64,000 bases of DNA from contig CAZMTO010000002.1 of assembly GCA_964569265.1 (NCBI GenBank), positions 6,102 to 70,101 on the forward strand, written 5' to 3'. A program made the position numbers and the translations under genes. This stretch comes from an uncultured Peptococcaceae bacterium (GTDB lineage Bacteria; Bacillota; Dehalobacteriia; UBA4068; UBA4997). Under the pieces are notes generated by a model that was not told the DNA's origin, ran no database searches, and saw nothing but the letters and a program-made list of their open reading frames with translations. This document shows positions 9,501 through 17,300 of this stretch, in pieces (the stretch's first letter is position 1; the number at the start of each line of letters is the position of its first letter).

Positions 9501-12500
9501 ATATTTTGGGTGGTAACCCGTTAGTAAAAGATGCTGTATATTTGCCGGAGCGTAACGCGGTAAGCAGCCAATCTACTGCTGCCCAGTGGGAATTTTTGCC
9601 GCTGCGTGACAGTGTTGTAAAAAAGGCACAGATAAAAAATTTAACGGCTAATACTGTTTTGCAGGAAAACACCATTGAATCGGCAGACCTTGGCGTTTGG
9701 TATAGCAAAAACGACGGTTATTGGCAGGGCGGTGTAAACACTATGCCGCTAAACCAAAGTCTGGCTGCCGTAAACGAAGGTGAACAGATAGAATTCAGCT
9801 TTGTTCGCCTGCCGGAATATTACGCTGCCGGCAAAATGGGAGAAAACAGCCCGGTAGGCACGGGCGCCCTGCTAAGCATTACGGCGGTGGTAGATGAAGC
9901 CAACCCCCAAACTCAGGATATAACCTATAACAGCAACGACAACACCCTTACTGTAAAGGCAGCAGACGAAAACTACATTGCGGCGGTTGCACTTTACAGC
10001 CGCGACGGTCAAAGGGTTATTGCCTATACCGGTGCCGATGAAACGCTGACTAAGGGGCAGGCGGGCAACTTTGTTATTGCTCTGCCCAACAAGATAGACG
10101 GTGAATATTTGTTGCAGGTTTATGACTACGCTATGAATACCGCCACCTACCGCATTGCTTTGTCTGATACTGCTATAAGCTACACCGGTGCTATGCTTGC
10201 CTATGATATGACCGATAAAGCGTGGGTGCAGGTAGACGAACAGTCGGCGCGGTTGGGTACTATTGCCAAAACTCACAGCTACACGGCGGCCACTGCTGTA
10301 GGCAGCACTGTTTATGCTATTGCCTATGGCACCGAGCTTTATGCGCTGGATATTTATCAGCCGCAAAACAGCACGCTGCTGGGCGATACCAATATCAATA
10401 TAGTAGATATGGCGTATAACGCGCAGGACGGCAGCCTGTACGGTGTAAGTGACAACAGCAAGCTGGTAAAAATAAATATGACAACCGGCAAGGCTATAGA
10501 GATTGGCACCCTGCCGATAAATACCAACACCTTAGCCTGCGATACCAAGGGTAATTTTTACAGCAACCTTTACGGCACCGGCAAGGTATACACCTACACG
10601 TTAGATGCTTTAGCTGCCGGTGATGCTGCTTATGATCTTAACGGTGACGGCGCTGTAAATATGGCCGATGTTCAGGCTATGCTGGATAACATTACCGGCA
10701 AAAAGGTGTCGGCGGCGGCTATTGATATAAACGGTGACGGTTTGACCGATACTTACGATGCGTATCTGCTGCTTGGCAAGCTGCCGGGTACGGTAAAACT
10801 GGTGGCCGATACCGGTATTGTCAGCAAATATATGCAGGCAATGGAAGCCGACCCCAACGATGATACCCTGTATTGGGCAAGCTACAGCACGCAGCCGGTA
10901 AACAGTACCGAAATTGGCTTTGCATATATGTTTAAAATAAACACGGCAACCGGCAAGTATGTAAATTGTGGTGATTTTGATAACCAGCTAAGCAGCCTGG
11001 TGATACTGGACAAGCACGCCGGCAGCGGTTATGCACCGCTTTATGACCTTGCGGATATTGCCAAGGCCGAGGCTGCCGTTGCAGACCTTGGCAGCAAAAC
11101 CTACTTAAATTCTATGGCCGAAGCTGCTGCTTTGGCGGTAAATATGGGCGTAGACAACAGCCTTAAAGACGACGCACCCAAAACCGTAACGGTGAGCATA
11201 ACAGCCGGGCAAAATATTACCAATGCTTTGTACAGGCTTAGCTACGGTGACGATATGCAGTTTGTGTCGGCGGCAAGCCCTGCCGATGTTGTAAGCATTA
11301 AGGCGGATAACAGTACATTGTGTCTGGCGGCGGCATCTGTTAACGGTGTTGCGGCCGGTGAGGCTATTGCCACCCTGACGTTTAGCACCAAAGCCTGTGC
11401 CGGTGATGTTGAGCTTGCCCGTTTAGAGGAAAACACCGCACATACCGATATTACCGAAGCTTTGATAAGTGATTCTCATATGTGGGGCAGTTGGCAGGTT
11501 ACCCAAGCGGCTACCTGTGTGGTCGATGGTGTAAAAACCCGCACCTGTGAGCTTTGCGGCAAGGCACAGACGGAAGCTATGGCTCGTGAAACCACCGCAC
11601 ATAGCTGGGGAGATTGGCAAACTGCGGTTGCCGCTACCCCAACCGGGCCCGGAGAAAAATACCGTGTGTGCGAAGAATGTGACCGACAGCAAACCGGTTA
11701 TATTTTGCCGGATACTATGTCGGCTGCCGAGCAGGACAGTGCCTTTAACCGTGTTTGGGCGCGCAAGCTTACCTTAAACTATGCGCTGATTACCGGCGCG
11801 GGCGTAAACAAGGTAGAGGCTCTGACGGCAGAAAACGATACCACGATGCGTTATTTGGTAACATTGGCGGCTGCAACCGGGGCAGATGCTCAGTTCCATA
11901 TACATATGGACCCGATTGAGCTGGTGGCCAGCGGTTTTGGTTCGGCGCTTAAAGCCAATAAAGTAGACCGTGTTACCTGGGATGATAATGATACTGAATA
12001 TGATGTGGTGCTTAGCAATGGGCTGGCGTGCCTTACGGTTTATTGCTACGCTAACGAAACCGAATGTACTCCGGTAGAAATATATTTTGCAATAGGTGAT
12101 GAAGGTGAAAATATCGGTAGCCTTAGCACTGCCGATGTGCCGGGCTTTGGTATAAATCATCTGGAAATTTGGGAAACAAGCGGTGTAAACAAGGTATATT
12201 ACATCAGCAATGATGACGAAACCGAAAATGAATGTTATATATGGCTGGATACAGCTACCCTCGATAATGCTGTTATGCAGATTAACCCGGTTCCGGACAG
12301 TGCTGCGGCAACTACCGTAAGCAGCCCCCTGTGGAGCAGCGGCCAAAAGCTTGGTGAAAACGGTATTCAACTGGCGCTTAAAAACGGTACTGCCAACGTT
12401 ACAGTTTCGGTAGACATAAATAGCTGGGGTAATGTAACCCACCGTAATTATAACCTGCACTTTAGCAATCACGCCAACCAGCCGCCTACGGTCCAAAACG

Positions 12501-12946
12501 CTGCCGGCAAGGCGCGGGTAACATTAGGCAACGCCTTTAGCCTTAACCTTGATACAGTGTTTGCCGACCCGGATGGTGATACCCTGAGTTACACCTATAC
12601 TGTAAACGGCGGTGAGGCGATGGCTGCCGCTGCGGACTTTAGCTTTGTGCCGCAGGCTACCGGCGATTATGTTTTGGTATTTACGGCTGACGACGGCCAA
12701 ACCGCCGGTAATAGCACCTATACGCTAACTTTAACGGTAGTTGATACGGTTATAGGTGATGTTAACAGCGACGGTGCGGTAAACGCCAAAGATGCCGCCG
12801 TGCTTAAACGCTATATTGCCAAGTGGGCAAACCTGACTATAGACCTGACAGCGGCTGACGTTAATGCCGACGGTGATATAAACGGTAAGGATACCGCTAC
12901 GCTTAAACGTTATATTGCCAAGTGGGCCGGTGTTAACCTTGGCTGA
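6563..12946 (+). CDS. Secreted S8 subtilase (cell-envelope proteinase type, PA-domain insert) with propeller-like, Cys-rich and cadherin-like modules and two dockerins.
   Basis: SD is GGGGGA. Signal peptide: MMKTKAWLKKCLCYVLMLAMILSAGWPTGVAMA. Triad motifs: VAIIDTGID, DHGSHVAGI, SGTSMATPQVAG. PA-like GKIAFVSRGD..TVIYNN. Dockerin EF-hand pairs at ~10621-10790 and ~12755-12943. Confidence 0.9.
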   Translation: MMKTKAWLKKCLCYVLMLAMILSAGWPTGVAMAADNVLGVSFTQVDDDLVQASLLPQADDAVVLASGDEYDPGELVRVSIVLEDAATIQAGYSINAVAENVRAMSYRQKLKAEQNQIKRAIEAALGDDLKVKWNLTLAANLMSAEVEVGQIDTIRAVDGVKDVVIEQQYQPMATAQTDDVARPQMTISTGMTGMQNAWQNGYTGAGSRVAIIDTGIDVDHQSFNGAALEYALAKNAAAKGVDEAEYLAGLNLLDAAKVDAVSSELNVTAINNQANGTNMYHSSKLPFAFNYVDQSYEYVDHNKDSQTDHGSHVAGIAAANRYIEKDGAMADAIDTVMVAGQAPDAQLLVMKVFGMNGGAYDSDYMAAIEDAIVLGADSINLSLGSSANGFSTAGVYQQIMESLTDAGAVVCMAAGNDGNFAENAYTAKSTGGSGLLYTDDVMYSHMGSPSSFTNSMSVASVDNQGIISDSFLSFGQGDDLFTVGYSETLYNDMKSMRSLDTAAEGGTEYEFVLVPGLGYREDYDGIDVSGKIAFVSRGDTPFYEKATIAVEQGAIATVIYNNVGGSMGMDMTDYHEAAPAVSITKDDAEKIKAMADELVSDIDEIYYGGKMRVNGTLSLIAGDKNSYTMSSFSSWGSTGDLALKPEITAPGGSIYSVNGSQTAPDGYKINSGTSMATPQVAGIAAAIGQYIREHKLTEKFGHSARQIAQSLLMATAIPLKDDNGNYYPLLQQGAGLANGENAINAGAYILMSEGASPSWQDGKVKAELGDDPERTGVYEFGFTLYNTENIAKTYQLAAELFTQAVAEYPSAPGLTTTAEYALKTTTPLDSSATFTANGTNIGSTLAVPANGSVTVQAKVSVTPKGKAWLEEHYQKGTYIQGFVFARPLANADGAISGSTLHIPLFAFYGNWTDPAMYDAVNWQNGSSTGTYSTPFISDASRTSYAVNYDVNSPLNTGSAGETSYIGTNHLVMNNANGVAYILGGNPLVKDAVYLPERNAVSSQSTAAQWEFLPLRDSVVKKAQIKNLTANTVLQENTIESADLGVWYSKNDGYWQGGVNTMPLNQSLAAVNEGEQIEFSFVRLPEYYAAGKMGENSPVGTGALLSITAVVDEANPQTQDITYNSNDNTLTVKAADENYIAAVALYSRDGQRVIAYTGADETLTKGQAGNFVIALPNKIDGEYLLQVYDYAMNTATYRIALSDTAISYTGAMLAYDMTDKAWVQVDEQSARLGTIAKTHSYTAATAVGSTVYAIAYGTELYALDIYQPQNSTLLGDTNINIVDMAYNAQDGSLYGVSDNSKLVKINMTTGKAIEIGTLPINTNTLACDTKGNFYSNLYGTGKVYTYTLDALAAGDAAYDLNGDGAVNMADVQAMLDNITGKKVSAAAIDINGDGLTDTYDAYLLLGKLPGTVKLVADTGIVSKYMQAMEADPNDDTLYWASYSTQPVNSTEIGFAYMFKINTATGKYVNCGDFDNQLSSLVILDKHAGSGYAPLYDLADIAKAEAAVADLGSKTYLNSMAEAAALAVNMGVDNSLKDDAPKTVTVSITAGQNITNALYRLSYGDDMQFVSAASPADVVSIKADNSTLCLAAASVNGVAAGEAIATLTFSTKACAGDVELARLEENTAHTDITEALISDSHMWGSWQVTQAATCVVDGVKTRTCELCGKAQTEAMARETTAHSWGDWQTAVAATPTGPGEKYRVCEECDRQQTGYILPDTMSAAEQDSAFNRVWARKLTLNYALITGAGVNKVEALTAENDTTMRYLVTLAAATGADAQFHIHMDPIELVASGFGSALKANKVDRVTWDDNDTEYDVVLSNGLACLTVYCYANETECTPVEIYFAIGDEGENIGSLSTADVPGFGINHLEIWETSGVNKVYYISNDDETENECYIWLDTATLDNAVMQINPVPDSAAATTVSSPLWSSGQKLGENGIQLALKNGTANVTVSVDINSWGNVTHRNYNLHFSNHANQPPTVQNAAGKARVTLGNAFSLNLDTVFADPDGDTLSYTYTVNGGEAMAAAADFSFVPQATGDYVLVFTADDGQTAGNSTYTLTLTVVDTVIGDVNSDGAVNAKDAAVLKRYIAKWANLTIDLTAADVNADGDINGKDTATLKRYIAKWAGVNLG

Positions 12947-12980
12947 TAATATTTAAGACAATATTTAAGGAGGAAGTGCA

Positions 12981-14192
12981 ATGATAAAATTAAAGCGTTT
13001 TTTGCCGTTTTTGCTGGCGGTGGCCCTTATGCTGGGGCTTATGGTGCCTGTAGCTTCGGCAGCCGATACTACCGGGCAAATAACGGTATCTGAGGCTGCG
13101 GGCAAACCCGGCGATACTGTTACAGTAACCGTAAATTTGGCTAAAAACCCCGGTATTATTGCCGCAGTTTTAGAAGTTGGCTATGACGAAAGCCGCTTAA
13201 AGCTTGTGGCCGTAAAAGACGGCGCCCTGCTGGCAGACAGTACTTTTTCGGACAGCTTGGCACGCAACCCCTATGTTTTAAGCTGGAACGATGCTTTGTC
13301 CAGCAGTAACATAACCACTACCGGTGTGCTGGCTACCCTTACTTTTGAAATTTTAAGTGATGCCAAGGCCGGCGAAGCCGCAGTAACAGTGGATTTTACC
13401 CCCGATAATCTGTTTGACTGGGAGTTAAACAACGTGCCGTTTACTGCAACTGACGGCGTGGTAAAGGTAACTGCCAAGGGCAGCAGCACGGTTAGCGGCG
13501 GCGGTGGCGGCGGTGCTGTTACTCCATCTAAGGATAATAATAAAGCCGATAATATCAAGGCCGATGAAAACGCCGACAGCAAAAAAGATGACGATCTGCC
13601 GGCGGGTAATTTGTATAAAAAATATACCGATTTAGCTGATGATGGCTGGTATCGCAGCGGTGTGGAATATATGCTGAACAACGGCTATATGAACGGTGTT
13701 TCGTCTACAGCGTTTGACCTTGACGGTGCCGTTACCCGCGCACAGTTTGTAACTATTTTGTACCGTTATGCCGGCAGCCCCGCAGTTAGCGGCAGCAGCC
13801 CCTTTGCCGATGTAAGCAGCAATGCCTGGTATGGCAAAGCAGTTATGTGGGGTGCTGCCAACGGCGTGGTAAAGGGTGTTAGCGCTAACCGCTTTGACCC
13901 CGATGCACCGCTTACCAGAGAACAACTTGCTACCCAGCTATACCGTTATGATAAAGCAGCGGCCCTGGCGGTTGACCACCTTAAAGCTTACAGCGATGCA
14001 GCCAAAATAAGCGACTATGCCAAGCAGGCTATGAACTGGGCTGTGGGCGGCAAAATCATCAACGGCATTACCGCTAATGTGCTTGCCCCGCAAAACACTG
14101 CCACCCGCGGGCAAACCGCCGTGCTGCTTAGCCGCTATTTTACGGCGGCTTCGGCGGTGCCGGTACCGCAAACCCCGGCAGAAAGTAAATAG
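12981..14192 (+). CDS. Anchoring scaffoldin-like protein: signal peptide, one cohesin, Gly/acidic linker, three SLH repeats.
   Basis: SD is AAGGAGGAAG. Cohesin-like sequence TGQITVSEAAGKPGDTVTVTVNLAKNPGIIAAVLEVGYDESRLKL...GVLATLTFEILSDAKAGEAAV (~13075-13470). SLH motifs: YTDLADDGWYRSGVEYM, FADVSSNAWYGKAVMWG, YSDAAKISDYAKQAMNWA. Confidence 0.85.
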   Translation: MIKLKRFLPFLLAVALMLGLMVPVASAADTTGQITVSEAAGKPGDTVTVTVNLAKNPGIIAAVLEVGYDESRLKLVAVKDGALLADSTFSDSLARNPYVLSWNDALSSSNITTTGVLATLTFEILSDAKAGEAAVTVDFTPDNLFDWELNNVPFTATDGVVKVTAKGSSTVSGGGGGGAVTPSKDNNKADNIKADENADSKKDDDLPAGNLYKKYTDLADDGWYRSGVEYMLNNGYMNGVSSTAFDLDGAVTRAQFVTILYRYAGSPAVSGSSPFADVSSNAWYGKAVMWGAANGVVKGVSANRFDPDAPLTREQLATQLYRYDKAAALAVDHLKAYSDAAKISDYAKQAMNWAVGGKIINGITANVLAPQNTATRGQTAVLLSRYFTAASAVPVPQTPAESK

Positions 14193-14327
14193 GTTTATAA
14201 GCTTAGTTTATAAGTATTGAAGATATATAATACCTTGGCAAGGGGGCGATGCGTTACAGATAATGTCGGAGTACGGATGTTTGTAAATTTTAAGTTGCAG
14301 CAAAAAAGATTAAGAAAGGAAATTGTT

Positions 14328-17300
14328 ATGTCTAAATATACCAAAAAGACAATAAGCTGGTTGCTTACATTGGCAATGATGTTTACTATGGTTATGCCGG
14401 CCGGTGCGGTAGAGATTGTGCCGCAGGACGGTGCAACAGTTGCTGAAGCTGCCGAACCCCTGGCAGATGGTGAAACCGAAGAAGGCAATACCGAAGAAGG
14501 CGCAGCCCAGCCCATTGCGGCCCCGGTTTGGCCCGAAGATATGAACCTTAAAACTACGTATTACAGCATTAGTTTTAATCAGCCGGCAGCTTGCCCCGAT
14601 ACAAACTATGAGCTGGTATACCGCATTGCAACATCGGCCGAAGCGCTGGAAAGCGAGACCGAATGGTCAACCTATGGCCAGACCGGCTTTGGTGATACCT
14701 TTGCGGATTACAAAGAGCGTGCAAGCATGGATCTGCTGGCGGCCGGCACCACCTATTATGTGCAGGCTGCATACCGCACCGGTGATTGGGGCGAATATGT
14801 GTATTCTGCCTACAGCGATGTAAAAGAGATGGCTACTGCATCTGCTCCCGAATCGGTTACGGTAGATTTTAGCATTGTTGCCGCTACCAAACCGTCGGCT
14901 ACCCCGGAAATTAGCGCTGACAGTGCTGACTACAAGGGCGCACAGTATTTTACCTGGTATGGCAACAGTAATATGGCCCTTGTAACCGGCACCAGTGTAC
15001 AGGGAGCAGCGCAAGCCGGCTTTGATACACTGGGTGTTAGTGTTACTGTGCCTAACTCTAAATTGAGCGTAACTATGCCCGATTATCTGGGTGGGCACGA
15101 GCTGGCACGTAAATCTTACGGTAACGACAGTAACTGGTATGTAACGGTTATGCGTGACGGTGTGGTTATTAAAGAAACCGACATCTTTGGTATTATTGAG
15201 CCGCACGATGGTGAAAAAGTTATTTTGCACTATGTATTTAACTACAAAGTTGAATTGATTTCTTGCAACAATGAAGGTATAAGCGGCAAATTTGTTGATG
15301 CACCGGCTATAAATACCGAAAACTACAAGGCTGCTGATGCTGTTAAAAAGCTTATTGAAAAAATTGACCCCTTAGGCGATATTACAGTAGCCAGCAAGCC
15401 GGCCATTGATGCTGCCGATGCTGCTTACAATGAATTGGCAGACGAAGCTAAGGCATATGTAAGCAACTACAGCGATTTAACCGCAGCCAAAGAAAGGCTT
15501 GCTAAGATTGAAAGCGGCGAAATTGTTACCCTTGCTGCTCCGCAGGTAACGGTTAAGGCCGAAGCTGCTACAGCCGACAGCGTAACTGTTAATATACCGG
15601 CTGCCGAAGCCGATGCTGCTGCGGTTATTAAAACCCGCTGTTCTTTAGACGGTGTAACCTGGACGGAATGGGCCGATGCAGCCGCCGGTGATATCACTAT
15701 CAGCAACCTGCAATCGGAAAAGTCTTACCGTGTTCAGGCATACTATAAAACGTCTGACAGCACTAAGTATGCAAATTCTGCCGTTGCCGAGGTAACTGCC
15801 GCTACTATTGCCTATGAGGTTTCTACGGTAAATGTCGGCACGCTCAGTGAACTGGTAAACGCCATAAAGGGCGCTGATACATCGGTGCAGACACTGATAA
15901 AGCTTACTGCCGATATTGAACTGCCCAGCGAGGGCGCACCGTATAACGCGGCTATAAGCCCGGCTGGTGCTAACATTATTTTGGATGGCGACGGCCACAA
16001 GGTAGGTTTGTATTCCGGCAACCAGTACAGTGCCGTGGTACATATCGGTGCAAATTCTACTGTTACCCTGCGCAATATTAAAATGGCACTGTTAAGAACC
16101 AACGATGAATGGACACTGCCTAATAATTCGTGGAGCAATTTAGTACGTTTTGTTGGTGATAACGGTGTGCTTAACGTTGAAAAAGATGCTGTTTTGTACA
16201 GCAACGGCAACGGCCGCGGTATTATTTATAACGGCGCACTTAGTTGGCGCCCCGCTGCTTTGGCAAACGCAACGGTAAATATTTACGGCGGTGTTATACA
16301 CAGCACCGGCGATAACGCCTACAGCCGCATTATCAACTTAAACGGCAAGGGTACCGTAAACATTATACCCAATGGTGATGTTATGCTGGAGGGCTTGATT
16401 GAAAACACCGAAGGCATTAACGTTAAACCCGGTACCGCAATTAAAAGCGGTGCAGCTTTAAGCAGCGATTTTGCGACTTACACACCCTTTACGACCGAAG
16501 AACTGGCAAACTACAATGCCGGTGCTGCCCTTACCTATGGGGCCGGTGTACGCTTTTTGGTAGGTGATACCCAGCTTGGCGATTTGACCGCGCCGGTGGT
16601 GTTGCCTGCTGCTGACGAAAACGCCGCTAATGCCGATGTTACCTATGTTATAAGCGATGATAAGGTAGTATTTACGGTTATAAACCGCGACGCTTTGGGC
16701 GTGCTGATGTTTAGACAGGATAACAACATATGGCGTCACAGTGCCGATGCCGACTACAGACAGTTTGTTGACGGCAACACCTTTACCTTTAGTGGTTTAA
16801 ACAAGGATACCGACTATACGTTCTATGTACAAACGGCATCCTTAACCCCGGCCTATAAGGATGCAATTACTACCCTTAATTTGCACACTACTTATACGGT
16901 TAACCAGTTGGATAAGGTTTCGGCAATTACATTAGAGGATAAAACCGCTACAAGCATTAAGCACAGTGTAGCTGCCTGCACGCAGGACAACACTGCTATT
17001 ACGCAGTTCCGTATGTCTGCCGACGGGCAAACCTGGGGCGATTGGCAGGACAGCCCGGAATTTACCGGCCTGCAGCCCTACACCGATTATCATTTTCAGG
17101 CACGTTACCATGCCGTAAGCAAGTATTGGTCAGATTCGGAGCCGAGCGAAACAGTTGTTGTACGCACCAAAGCAGCCGGGCTTACTGCTCCTGTGCTTGC
17201 CGAGGCTGCTTCTGCCAGGGCTAACACTGTTACCTTAACTGCACCGGCGGCTTCGGCAGAAGATACTACCGCTGTGGTATGGTACCGTATGTCTGCCGAC

